Positions 38,720 through 48,189 of a DNA stretch of 64,000 bases are shown piece by piece. Position 1 is the first letter of the stretch. Every line of letters starts with the position of its first letter. This stretch comes from an uncultured Candidatus Actinomarina sp. (GTDB lineage: Bacteria > Actinomycetota > Acidimicrobiia > Actinomarinales > Actinomarinaceae). Location: positions 9,001 to 73,000 of the forward strand of contig CACHBU010000003.1 of NCBI GenBank assembly GCA_902578135.1. The letters run 5' to 3'. A model generated the notes under the pieces. That model was not told where the DNA came from and did not search any database. It saw nothing but the letters and a program-made list of their open reading frames with translations. A program made the translations under genes and the position numbers.

Positions 38720-39958
38720 ATGTCTAAAAGACGTGTAGTCATTACCGGACTAGGTACCATTAATCCTCTTGGTAATAGTGTTTCTGAGTCGTGGGAAAAG
38801 CTTATTAATGGAATTTCTGGTATTGATAATATAACAAGTTTTGATACCGGAGATCTTCCAGTTACTTTTGCAGGCGAGGTCAAAAATTTTGATGCAAATG
38901 AGTACATGGGTAAACAACATGCACGTAAATTAGACAGGTCAGGTCATTTATCAATTTATGCTGCGGAACAAGCTTTATTAGATGCTGGGTTTAATCCAGA
39001 GGAACGCATGGGTTCCAATTGTGGAATTGTATTTGGAACTGGCATTGGAGGAATTGGTGCAACAGAAGATGCAGTAAGAGTTTACGATGAAAGAGGAGCA
39101 TCAAGGATTAATCCTTTGGCAATAACTCAGTTGATGCCAAATTCAAGCACCGGACAAGTTGCAATTAAGTTTGGAATAGAGGGACCATCGCTAACAATTA
39201 CAACTGCATGCGCTGCATCGGCAAATGCTGTTGGTGAAGCAAAAAATATGATTGAAAATGGAATTGTTGACATCGTAGTAGCTGGAGGCACAGAGTCAGG
39301 CACTACACCAATGACAATTGGAGCTTTTGCCCAAATAAGAGCGCTCTCTACAAAAAATGATACACCTGCTGAAGCCTGTAGTCCTTTTGATAAAAATAGA
39401 GATGGATTTGTTATGGCTGAAGGTTCAACTGTTTTGATATTAGAGAGTGAGGAATCTGCTAAGAGTCGTGATGCTAAAATTTATGGTTACGTTGTTGGTT
39501 ACGGGTCTACAACTGATGCTCACCACATAACAGCTCCTGCTGAAGGTGGAGAAGGTGCAGTTCGAGCTATGGATAAAGCGTTGAAAGATGCTAGCTTATC
39601 TTTGGATGATGTTGATTATATTAATGCACATGGAACATCTACACCAGCAAATGATAAAAATGAGACTTCTGCAATCAAGACATTATTTGGTACCAAAGCC
39701 TACGAAGTTGATATTTCTTCAACAAAATCCATGACTGGACATCTTCTTGGTGGTGCCGGAGCTTTTGAGTCAATGGTTTGCATACTCTCTCTTCAAAATG
39801 GTGTAATTCCTCCAACAATTAATTTAAATAATAAAGATGAGGAATGTGATTTAAACTACACTCCCAATAATGCAGTCAATAAAGATATGAATATTGCTAT
39901 GTCGAATTCTTTTGGTTTTGGTGGCCACAATGGAGTGCTTGTTTTTTCAAAAACCTAA
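38720..39958 (+). CDS. fabF: 3-oxoacyl-ACP synthase II
   Basis: TACAASANA active-site Cys, NAHGTSTP, GHLLGGAG, FGFGGHN. Confidence 0.93.
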   Translation: MSKRRVVITGLGTINPLGNSVSESWEKLINGISGIDNITSFDTGDLPVTFAGEVKNFDANEYMGKQHARKLDRSGHLSIYAAEQALLDAGFNPEERMGSNCGIVFGTGIGGIGATEDAVRVYDERGASRINPLAITQLMPNSSTGQVAIKFGIEGPSLTITTACAASANAVGEAKNMIENGIVDIVVAGGTESGTTPMTIGAFAQIRALSTKNDTPAEACSPFDKNRDGFVMAEGSTVLILESEESAKSRDAKIYGYVVGYGSTTDAHHITAPAEGGEGAVRAMDKALKDASLSLDDVDYINAHGTSTPANDKNETSAIKTLFGTKAYEVDISSTKSMTGHLLGGAGAFESMVCILSLQNGVIPPTINLNNKDEECDLNYTPNNAVNKDMNIAMSNSFGFGGHNGVLVFSKT

Positions 39959-40738
39959 CTAGTTGGGAAGCATTGACCCGCCGATTGAGTGAACTCCTCC
40001 ATCTGCATGTATAATTTCTCCAGTTACAGCTTCTGATAAATCAGAGAGTAAAAAATTTACAACCTTTGCAACAGGTTCTGGGTTTTTAGTATCCCAACCA
40101 AGAGGAGCCCTTTGATCCCATTCTTCATTCATTTCTGAAAATCCTGGAATATTTTTTGCAGCTGTAGTTGCTAAAGGACCAGAAGCAACTGCGTTTACTC
40201 TAACCCCATCTTTTCCCATATAATATGCAAGATATCTAACAATTGATTGCAAACTAGATTTTGCAACACCTTGCCAATCGTATCCTGGCCATGCCTGAGA
40301 ATTATCAAAATCTAAAGCAACAATTGAAGAAGGATTATTAAGAATTGGCTGGAAAGATGTTGCTAAAGTTTTTAAAGAAAATGCAGAAATTTCGAAACTT
40401 TTGACAGCATCTGTAATATTTGTATTTAAGAAATTTCCACCCATTGCCTCTGTTGGTGAAAATGCTATTGCGTGCAAAATGCCATCTAAAGAATCTACTT
40501 CTTTTTCGATGCTTTTTACTGCTTCATCTACTTCTGATTGGTCCTCAATGTCCATTGAATATACCTTTATGTCACCAGAGAGTCTTTTTACTGCTCTTTC
40601 AGTTATACGAAGACCTTTGCCAAAACCAGTAGTAACAACCGTAGCTCCATTTTCAATAGCAATTTTTGCTGATGCATAGGCTATGCTTTTGTCTGTAAGA
40701 ATTCCAGTGATGAGAAATTTTTTATCTTTTAAAATCAT
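39959..40738 (-). CDS. fabI: Enoyl-ACP reductase (FabI/InhA type)
   Basis: 259-aa SDR with GILTDKSIAYA, Y-x6-K (YDWQGVAKSSL) and VNAVASGP. Confidence 0.88.
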   Translation of the reverse strand: MILKDKKFLITGILTDKSIAYASAKIAIENGATVVTTGFGKGLRITERAVKRLSGDIKVYSMDIEDQSEVDEAVKSIEKEVDSLDGILHAIAFSPTEAMGGNFLNTNITDAVKSFEISAFSLKTLATSFQPILNNPSSIVALDFDNSQAWPGYDWQGVAKSSLQSIVRYLAYYMGKDGVRVNAVASGPLATTAAKNIPGFSEMNEEWDQRAPLGWDTKNPEPVAKVVNFLLSDLSEAVTGEIIHADGGVHSIGGSMLPN

Positions 40739-40798
40739 ATTTGTCCTATAAATATTTGACCAATTAAATAGTCAATATGTATCAGGAAATAATATCTT

Positions 40799-41197
40799 TT
40801 ATTGTTCTTCAGTTGTGAAGCTACCTGTTGCTTGCTCTTCTTTTTTTATAGAATTGCCTGTTACAACTGCGAGTCCTATCTCAACTAATCCAAAAAGAAA
40901 AAATCCATTGAAATCAGTAAATACTGCGAAAGCTATCAATCCGAGACCGCCACTATATCTTATTATGTTTAGCTGTTTACCGTTCTCGGCATTGCCACCA
41001 AGCAAAAAGAAGGCCATTGCAGCAAAATAAAGGGGCAAGCCTATAGATCTAACTATCATTGCCTCTTGGTTTGTTGCAAATTCAGCGGTAAAGTCAAACA
41101 AAAATAACCTGTAGACGACCTCTGGTAATATAAACCCAACCAATACTAAACCCAAGTAGATTAATGGATCTAGTCTGTTAATTAATTTGTAATTCAT
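40799..41197 (-). CDS. Hypothetical membrane protein (about 4 TM)
   Basis: 132-aa hydrophobic ORF with no recognisable motif. Confidence 0.5.
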   Translation of the reverse strand: MNYKLINRLDPLIYLGLVLVGFILPEVVYRLFLFDFTAEFATNQEAMIVRSIGLPLYFAAMAFFLLGGNAENGKQLNIIRYSGGLGLIAFAVFTDFNGFFLFGLVEIGLAVVTGNSIKKEEQATGSFTTEEQ

Positions 41198-41230
41198 AAA
41201 AGCAATTATATCTTAAAATGTTAAATCTTA

Positions 41231-43888
41231 TTATTGATTTGTTTTAATTATTTCAGCTTGAGCTGCAGCGAGTTTAGCTGTTGGAATTCTGAAGGGAGAA
41301 CACGAAATATAGTCGATTTGTAGAGTGTTAAAGAATTTTATTGAGTTTGCTTCACCTGCATGCTCACCACACACTCCTATTTTTAAATCTTTATTAAAGC
41401 TTTTACCTTCACTAACTGACATCTCTACAACTCTTCCAACGGACCCTTTATCAATTGACACAAAGGGATCTTCTGAAAAAATATCATTTTCTACATATGT
41501 GTTAAGAAATTTTGACGCATCGTCTCTTGATAGACCAAGTGTTGTCTGTGTTAAATCATTTGTTCCGAAAGAAAAGAAATCTGCATGTTCTGCAATAGAT
41601 GAAGAATTTAACGCAGCGCTTGGCAATTCAATCATTGTTCCAATTGTAAAATCAAAAGTAAAGCTCAATTCTTCCTCTAATTTACTTATTTTTTCTATTA
41701 AATAGCCTTTCATCTGACTTAATTCTTCAGCATTCATAACCAATGGAATCATTATTTCAGGTGAAACACTAATCTTTTCTTTTTTATTTAAGTTGTAAGC
41801 AGCTCTAAGAATTGCTTCAACTTGCATTTCGTAGATTTCGGGATAACTTAATCCAAGTCGTACTCCCCTATGTCCAAGCATAGGATTGCTCTCCGAAAGC
41901 TTTACTAAAATCTCTCTTATATGTGCTGGCGATACACCAATGGCATTACCAAGCTCTGTCATTTCAATTTCACTTTTTGGTAAAAATTCATGCATTGGTG
42001 GATCAAGTAACCTAACTGTTATTGGCTTATCCTTAAGAAGCAAAAACAATGCTTCAAAATCTGAAATTTGATAGGTGATTAATTTTCTTAATGCTCTCTC
42101 TCTGCCCTGTTTTGTATCTGACATAATCATTTCACGCATAGGTATAATTCTGTCTCCTTCAAAAAACATATGCTCTGTTCTACACAAACCAATTCCTTCA
42201 GCACCAAAATCTAATGATTTTTTTGTATCAGTGATTGTTTCTGCATTTGCACGAATTTTTAGACTTTTAAACTCATCGCACCAATCCATGAGTGTATTAA
42301 ATTCTAGTGAGGGTTTTGGTGGCTCAGATTGTAGTTCACCAATATAAACTTCACCTAGCCCGCCATCAATTGATATGATGTCTCCTTCGTTTAAAGTTTT
42401 TGTTCCATTCGAAATAGTTTTTAAAGAGTTATCGATAATTAAACTTTCTGCACCTACAACGCAGGGCTTACCCATACCTCGAGCAACAACTGCTGCATGA
42501 CTAGTCATTCCACCTTTTGTTGTCAAAATTCCAACAGAGGAATGCATTCCATGAATATCTTCAGGACTAGTTTCATCCCTTACCAAAATAACATCTCTTC
42601 CTTTACTTGCTTCCTCTTCAGCCTTATCGGCATTAAAGACAATCTCTCCAACTGCAGCACCCGGAGATGCGTTAAGGGCTTTATTGAATAACTCCTTTTC
42701 TTGAGAATCTACAAACTGTGGATGTAATAGATTTGTAATACTATTTGCATCAACCATCGTTAAAGCTTCTTCTTTTGAAACAACGCCTTCCTTTTGCATA
42801 TCAATAGCAATTTTTACACTTGCTTGAGCAGTTCTTTTAGCTGTTCTTGTTTGAAGCAGATATATAACTTCATTTTCAATAGTGAATTCAATATCTTGAG
42901 CTTCTTTGAAGTGATTTTCTAATTTTGTTGAAATCTCTAAAAGCTCTTTATAAGCTTTTGGAAATTTAGACTCCAATGATTCTTGTTCAACTTTTGAATG
43001 CTTTGTAATTGGATGTGGAGTCCTTATCCCAGCAACAACATCTTCTCCTTGAGCATTGATTAAATATTCTCCATATAGCTCTTTATCTCCATTTGATGGA
43101 TTTCTTGTAAAAGCGACACCCGTACCTGACTTATCATTTAGATTTCCAAATACCATTGTTTGTATTGTTGCGCCTGTACCCCAGGAATCAGGAATATTAT
43201 TTATTTTTCTGTATGTAGCAGCTCGTTTGTTTTGCCAACTATTAAAGACCGCTTCAATAGCACCTGTGAGTTGCTCATAAGGTTCTTGAGGAAACAAGGA
43301 GTCAGTAAACCTCTCGACTGTATTTTTATAAGCATTGATTATCCAATTGAGTTGATCGACATTAAAATCGGCGTCTGAAACAACGTTGTCCATTCGTTTT
43401 TTGTTTTCCAATACAGCTTCAAATCGTTCATGTTCAACTCCCAAAACAACGTTTGAATACATTTGGATTAAACGCCTATATGAATCTAGTGCAAATCTCT
43501 CATCATTGAATGCTTCTGCCAGTTGAGATACATTACTGTCATTCAATCCAATATTTAAAATTGAATCCATCATCCCTGGCATAGAGACTCTCCCGCCAGA
43601 TCTTACAGATAGTAAAAGCGGTGTGCCTACGCCACCAAAACTTTTATCAGACAAATTCTCAAGCTTACTTACTGCTTGCCTAATTTCATTATCCAAACTA
43701 TTCGGGAGGTTTTTATTCTCAGTAAAGTAGTTACACACTTCTGTTGTGATTGTAAAACCTGGTGGTACAGGGATTTCCATATTGGACATTTCAGCCAAGT
43801 TTGCACCCTTGCCTCCAAGCAAGTTATTAAGAGATGAATCACCATCCGTCTTATTTTTAGAGAATTCAAAAATTAGTTTATTTTTCAT
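41231..43888 (-). CDS. ppdK: Pyruvate, phosphate dikinase
   Basis: 885 aa. LLGGKGANLAEM, catalytic His region GGMTSHAAVVARG and a C-terminal PEP-utilising TIM barrel (GLCRTEHMF). Confidence 0.95.
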   Translation of the reverse strand: MKNKLIFEFSKNKTDGDSSLNNLLGGKGANLAEMSNMEIPVPPGFTITTEVCNYFTENKNLPNSLDNEIRQAVSKLENLSDKSFGGVGTPLLLSVRSGGRVSMPGMMDSILNIGLNDSNVSQLAEAFNDERFALDSYRRLIQMYSNVVLGVEHERFEAVLENKKRMDNVVSDADFNVDQLNWIINAYKNTVERFTDSLFPQEPYEQLTGAIEAVFNSWQNKRAATYRKINNIPDSWGTGATIQTMVFGNLNDKSGTGVAFTRNPSNGDKELYGEYLINAQGEDVVAGIRTPHPITKHSKVEQESLESKFPKAYKELLEISTKLENHFKEAQDIEFTIENEVIYLLQTRTAKRTAQASVKIAIDMQKEGVVSKEEALTMVDANSITNLLHPQFVDSQEKELFNKALNASPGAAVGEIVFNADKAEEEASKGRDVILVRDETSPEDIHGMHSSVGILTTKGGMTSHAAVVARGMGKPCVVGAESLIIDNSLKTISNGTKTLNEGDIISIDGGLGEVYIGELQSEPPKPSLEFNTLMDWCDEFKSLKIRANAETITDTKKSLDFGAEGIGLCRTEHMFFEGDRIIPMREMIMSDTKQGRERALRKLITYQISDFEALFLLLKDKPITVRLLDPPMHEFLPKSEIEMTELGNAIGVSPAHIREILVKLSESNPMLGHRGVRLGLSYPEIYEMQVEAILRAAYNLNKKEKISVSPEIMIPLVMNAEELSQMKGYLIEKISKLEEELSFTFDFTIGTMIELPSAALNSSSIAEHADFFSFGTNDLTQTTLGLSRDDASKFLNTYVENDIFSEDPFVSIDKGSVGRVVEMSVSEGKSFNKDLKIGVCGEHAGEANSIKFFNTLQIDYISCSPFRIPTAKLAAAQAEIIKTNQ

Positions 43889-43944
43889 GGCACAAATTAA
43901 ATATATTCCCCCTCTATTCTTTAATTATATATGGGGGAAACAAT

Positions 43945-44991
43945 ATGTCTAAAAATGTAATGGTCATTGGTACTGGTACTATTGGAGAACCTCTTATAGG
44001 CCTTCTCGCAGAACACAAAGACGAACTTGGAATAGATAATGTCATATTTTTTAAAAGAACTCCACTTTCAGATGAGAAAGGAAAAGTTGAAGCATTACTA
44101 AGAAAAGGTGCAAAATTAGTATCAACTTCAGATGTATTATCAGATTTTAAAAAATTAGGATTTTCATATATTGAAGATGTAGAAAACGCATACGATGATA
44201 CAGATGTCATTATTGACTGTACTCCAAGTGGAAATGATAATTGGGAAAGTATATATTCATCTCTTGCTCAATCAAAAAGATTTATGGCACAAGGGTCTGA
44301 ACATGGATTTGGTCCATTCTTTGCTTGGGGAATAAATAATAATATCTTTGAAAGTGAGTCAAACAAATACCTTATTGCTTCATGTAATACGCACAATATT
44401 GCATCAATAGTTAAAACATTTGCCTTAGATGAAGGCCGTGATCTTACTGAAGGTCAATTTGTATGTTTGCGAAGAGCAAATGATGTCTCACAAAATGACT
44501 CCTTCTCACCATCGCCAACAATTACAAAACATACGAATCAAGAGTTTGGGACTCATCACGCAAGAGACGTTCATGAGTTATTTGCCCAAGAAGGAAAAGA
44601 TTTAAACTTGTTTTCATCAGCGATAAAATTACCAACTCAATATATGCATACTTTGTGGTTTACATTACGCTTTGTAGATTCAATTCAGTATGAAGAAATT
44701 ATGAATAACCTTTTAAAAAGTGAGTTTTTAATGGCAACAGAAAAAATGTCATCAAATAAAGTCTTTTCATTTGGAAGAGATCATGGATACCATGGGAGGC
44801 TGTTGTCTCATGGAATTGTTGCTGAACAATCCCTTCACGTTAAAGATAATATCCTTACCGGATATTGCTTTACACCTCAAGATGGAAACGCATTGCTATC
44901 GTCTGTAGCAGGCACAATACAGTATTACTACAAAGATAACTGGAAAGAAAAAATGCGACTTTTTAATCGCTATATATTTAAAAATATCTAA
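43945..44991 (+). CDS. Type II (archaeal-type) glyceraldehyde-3-phosphate dehydrogenase-like protein
   Basis: GTGTIGEP Rossmann motif. DVIIDCTPSG, ASCNTHN (catalytic Cys), LRRANDV, THHARDV and LPTQYMHT parallel the archaeal GAPDH motifs DIVIDCTPEG, VSCNTTG, RRGADP, SHHGPDV and VPTTLMHQ. Confidence 0.65.
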   Translation: MSKNVMVIGTGTIGEPLIGLLAEHKDELGIDNVIFFKRTPLSDEKGKVEALLRKGAKLVSTSDVLSDFKKLGFSYIEDVENAYDDTDVIIDCTPSGNDNWESIYSSLAQSKRFMAQGSEHGFGPFFAWGINNNIFESESNKYLIASCNTHNIASIVKTFALDEGRDLTEGQFVCLRRANDVSQNDSFSPSPTITKHTNQEFGTHHARDVHELFAQEGKDLNLFSSAIKLPTQYMHTLWFTLRFVDSIQYEEIMNNLLKSEFLMATEKMSSNKVFSFGRDHGYHGRLLSHGIVAEQSLHVKDNILTGYCFTPQDGNALLSSVAGTIQYYYKDNWKEKMRLFNRYIFKNI

Positions 44992-45020
44992 ATTTACATC
45001 AAATTTTTAATTAATCAAAC

Positions 45021-45072
45021 TTTTCACAAACTATAAAATTTTGTGAAAAATTAAAAAAAAAGTTTCACAAAA
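45021..45072. promoter_or_regulatory. Cluster of three TTTCACAAA half-sites (one inverted) upstream of aceA-aceB
   Basis: TTTTCACAAA (45021-30), its exact reverse complement TTTGTGAAAA (45040-49), and TTTCACAAAA (45063-72). AACATG(C/T) also recurs at 45091, 45107 and 45149. Confidence 0.45.
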
Positions 45073-45180
45073 GCACAATGTTGTTTTTAAAACATGCTAT
45101 TTTTGTAACATGCAAAAATATAATATTGTGAATGTGGTGAAGTACATAAACATGTAATGCCCTTACACATTAATTTTGTT

Positions 45181-45206
45181 GCCGGGCACATGCCCGGTTT
45201 TTTTTT
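45181..45206 (+). terminator. Intrinsic terminator / candidate attenuator directly upstream of the aceA ribosome-binding region
   Basis: GC stem CCGGGC-acat-GCCCGG followed by a run of 9 T. The orientation is plus strand only. AGGAAGGA follows immediately. Confidence 0.75.
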
Positions 45207-45219
45207 AGGAAGGAAAATA

Positions 45220-45306
45220 GTGGAAAACCAGAGTAATGAGAGTAGACATAAAGATATAAAGCAAACAAAAGCTGAAATTTATGAGAGCCTCTATGACGCA
45301 GAATAG
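45220..45306 (+). CDS. Candidate 28-codon upstream ORF (GTG start) overlapping the aceA start
   Basis: A strong SD AGGAAGGA (45207-14) lies 5 nt before the GTG. The peptide is [28 protein letters not shown]. Its stop at 45304-06 overlaps both candidate aceA ATGs (45281, 45293). Confidence 0.3.
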   Translation: MENQSNESRHKDIKQTKAEIYESLYDAE

Positions 45307-46576
45307 TTTTTTAGATAAAGAATTATTAAATTCTGAGTGGGAAAATAATCCCAGGTGGGAAGGAATTACACGTAATTACAGTGCCGAAGACGTAGTAAGT
45401 ATTCGTAATTCAATTGAGATCAAATATACTTTGGCCGAAAACGGAGCAAATAATCTCTTTAATCACTTAATGAAAAAAGACGAATGGATATCTGCATTAG
45501 GTGCGTTATCAGGTAACCAAGCTGTCCAGATGGTAAAAGCAGGTTTAAAGGCAATTTATTTAAGTGGCTGGCAAGTAGCTGCAGACTCTAATCTTGGTGA
45601 AACTACCTATCCAGACCAATCACTATACCCAAGTAATAGTGCGCCAAACCTAGCAAAAAGAATAAATAATGCCCTTCTCAGAGCTGAACAGGTAGACAGA
45701 GTAGAAGAGAATTTTGACATTGATTATGTAGTACCAATTGTTGCTGATGGAGAAGCTGGTTTTGGCGGCGTATTAAATGTTTTTGAATTAACAAAGAAAT
45801 TTATTGAAGCTGGTGCTGCAGGTATACATTTCGAAGATCAACTTGCAGCAGAAAAAAAATGTGGACATATGGGAGGAAAAGTTCTTGTACCAACTAGTCA
45901 ACACATAAGAACACTGACATCAGCAAGACTTGCAGCTGATGCCTTGGGTGTTCCAACAGTAATAATTGCTCGAACAGATGCATTAGCAGCAAATCTGTTA
46001 ACAAGTGATATAGATGATAATGATAAAGATTTTGTTCTAGGTGAAAGAACATCTGAAGGGTTTTTTAAGGTAAAAAATGGTCCTGAGGCTGCGTTTAGTC
46101 GAGCATTATCTTATGCACCATATGCTGACTTAGTATGGTGCGAGACGGGAACTCCGGACATTGGGTTTGCAAAAGACTTTGCAGATGCAGTTCATGAAAA
46201 ATATCCAGATAAATTACTTGCATACAATTGCTCACCATCATTCAATTGGAAAAAAGCATTGTCAGATAAAGAGATTGATACATTTCAAGAACAACTAAGT
46301 TCTTTTGGCTACAAGTTCCAATTTATCACGCTTGCTGGTTTTCATGCCCTTAATGCATCCATGTTTGAGCTAGCTTCAAAGTATAAAGGTGGCAATATGT
46401 CAGCATATGTCGAGTTGCAACAAAAAGAATTTTCAATGGAAAAGGATGGGTTTACATCAGTAAAACATCAGAGAGAAGTTGGAGCTGGTTACTTTGATAC
46501 CGTTTCAACAATTATCAGTGATGGAGATGCGTCGACCCTAGCACTTGAAGGTTCTACAGAAGAAGAACAATTTTAA
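45281..46576 (+). CDS. aceA: Isocitrate lyase
   Basis: Collinear with M. tuberculosis Icl1: [44 protein letters not shown]. The start may instead be the Met at 45293. Confidence 0.95.
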   Translation: MRASMTQNSFLDKELLNSEWENNPRWEGITRNYSAEDVVSIRNSIEIKYTLAENGANNLFNHLMKKDEWISALGALSGNQAVQMVKAGLKAIYLSGWQVAADSNLGETTYPDQSLYPSNSAPNLAKRINNALLRAEQVDRVEENFDIDYVVPIVADGEAGFGGVLNVFELTKKFIEAGAAGIHFEDQLAAEKKCGHMGGKVLVPTSQHIRTLTSARLAADALGVPTVIIARTDALAANLLTSDIDDNDKDFVLGERTSEGFFKVKNGPEAAFSRALSYAPYADLVWCETGTPDIGFAKDFADAVHEKYPDKLLAYNCSPSFNWKKALSDKEIDTFQEQLSSFGYKFQFITLAGFHALNASMFELASKYKGGNMSAYVELQQKEFSMEKDGFTSVKHQREVGAGYFDTVSTIISDGDASTLALEGSTEEEQF

Positions 46577-48129
46577 TGTTTGAAGTAACTCAAGAAACGC
46601 CTAACTCATCAAATATTTTAACCGAGGATGCTTTAAATTTTTTAAGTAAATTTACATCTGCATTTGAAGATAGAAGAAAACAATTACTTGATGAAAGAGA
46701 AAATACTCAAAAAAGTATAGACTCAGGTGACTTCTTGGGTTTTCCAACTGATACTTCAGTTAGAGAAAAAGAGTGGCAGGTAGTTCCTCCACCTTCTGAT
46801 GTTGCTCAGCGACATGTCGAGATTACTGGACCTGTAGATAGAAAAATGATTATTAATGCTTTGAACTCAGGAGCTGATGTTTTTATGGCAGATTTTGAAG
46901 ACTCAACATCACCAACATGGGAAAACATAATCAATGGTCATAATAACCTTATAGATGCAAATAATAGAAACATTGAATTGGTTGACGAGGCCAAGGGAAA
47001 GACATATACATTAAATCCAGGAAGTCAAACATCACTATTCGTTAGACCTAGAGGCCTACATCTTTTGGAGAAAAACGTATTGGTGGATGGTAGTCCTATT
47101 AGTGCAAGCATTTTTGACTTCGCCATGTATGTTTATCACAATTATCAAAGTAGGCTCGATGCTGGACTAGGTGTCTATTTTTATATTCCAAAACTAGAAA
47201 ATGCAAATGAATCACAACTCTGGGATGATATGTTCACATTAGCTGAAGATGAACTTGGAATTCCAAGAAGCAGTATTAGAGCTACAGTTCTTTTAGAGAC
47301 AATCTCTGCATCATATGAAATAGAAGAGATGCTTTATTCTTTAAGAGAGCACTCTTTAGGAATGAATGCAGGAAGATGGGATTACATATTTAGTGCGATT
47401 AAAAGACACAGAAATGTAGATGGAATCATATTCCCTGACAGATCACAAATTACTATGACTGTTCCATTTATGAAAGCGTATACAGAACTATTAGTTGAAA
47501 GCTGTCATAAAAGAGGTGCACACGCAATTGGTGGTATGTCTGCATTTATACCAAACAGAAAAGATCCTGAGGTAACAGAAAAAGCATTTGAAAATGTAAA
47601 AAATGATAAGTTAAGAGAAGCAAATATGGGTTTTGATGGGTCTTGGGTTGCTCATCCAGATTTAGTAAGCATATGTAAAGATGTATTCAATGATCATCTC
47701 AATGGAGAAGCAAATCAAATTTCATTTGTACCAAGATATGATATTGAGGATTCAATGCTACATAACTTTAAGATAGAAAACTCATCAATAACAATGGAAG
47801 GTATTCACACAAATATCAAAGTGGGTATTTTATATATGCACTCATGGCTTAATGGACAAGGTGCAGCAGCATTATTTAATTTAATGGAAGATGCTGCTAC
47901 TGCTGAGATTTCACGTTCACAGCTTTGGCAATGGCTTCATAACTCAGTTGAAACTAAAAACGGAGACACTATCAATGAATCGTTTATGGAAGAGGCTTTT
48001 GAGACAGTCTTTTCTGAAATAAATGATATAGAGAATATTGAAAAGGCAAGAGACGAATTTAAAAAGTTGGTGTTTGATGAAGATTTCTCAGACTTTTTAA
48101 CTTTACCCGCTTATCATTTAATAAATTAA
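46576..48129 (+). CDS. aceB: Malate synthase A
   Basis: 517 aa. DFEDSTSPTW, NAGRWDYIFS and GFDGSWVAHPDLV. The ATG overlaps the aceA stop (TAATG). Confidence 0.93.
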   Translation: MFEVTQETPNSSNILTEDALNFLSKFTSAFEDRRKQLLDERENTQKSIDSGDFLGFPTDTSVREKEWQVVPPPSDVAQRHVEITGPVDRKMIINALNSGADVFMADFEDSTSPTWENIINGHNNLIDANNRNIELVDEAKGKTYTLNPGSQTSLFVRPRGLHLLEKNVLVDGSPISASIFDFAMYVYHNYQSRLDAGLGVYFYIPKLENANESQLWDDMFTLAEDELGIPRSSIRATVLLETISASYEIEEMLYSLREHSLGMNAGRWDYIFSAIKRHRNVDGIIFPDRSQITMTVPFMKAYTELLVESCHKRGAHAIGGMSAFIPNRKDPEVTEKAFENVKNDKLREANMGFDGSWVAHPDLVSICKDVFNDHLNGEANQISFVPRYDIEDSMLHNFKIENSSITMEGIHTNIKVGILYMHSWLNGQGAAALFNLMEDAATAEISRSQLWQWLHNSVETKNGDTINESFMEEAFETVFSEINDIENIEKARDEFKKLVFDEDFSDFLTLPAYHLIN

Positions 48130-48189
48130 GCTTTATTTTAATAAATTGGATTCTACTTTTTAGTCACTTTATTTCTATAAAATGAAATT

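Noticed and set aside
43908-43941. Inverted repeat TTCCCCC...GGGGGAA between ppdK and the GAPDH-like gene.
   Set aside because: The right arm is the SD of the plus-strand gene. The left arm reads as an SD-like GGGGGAA on the minus strand. The symmetry is explained by two divergent ribosome-binding-type sequences rather than by an operator.
45078-45131. 17-codon mini-ORF (MLFLKHAIFVTCKNIIL) in the aceA upstream region as a possible leader peptide.
   Set aside because: It has no SD, no enrichment for a particular regulatory amino acid, and no obvious link to the terminator hairpin 50 nt downstream.
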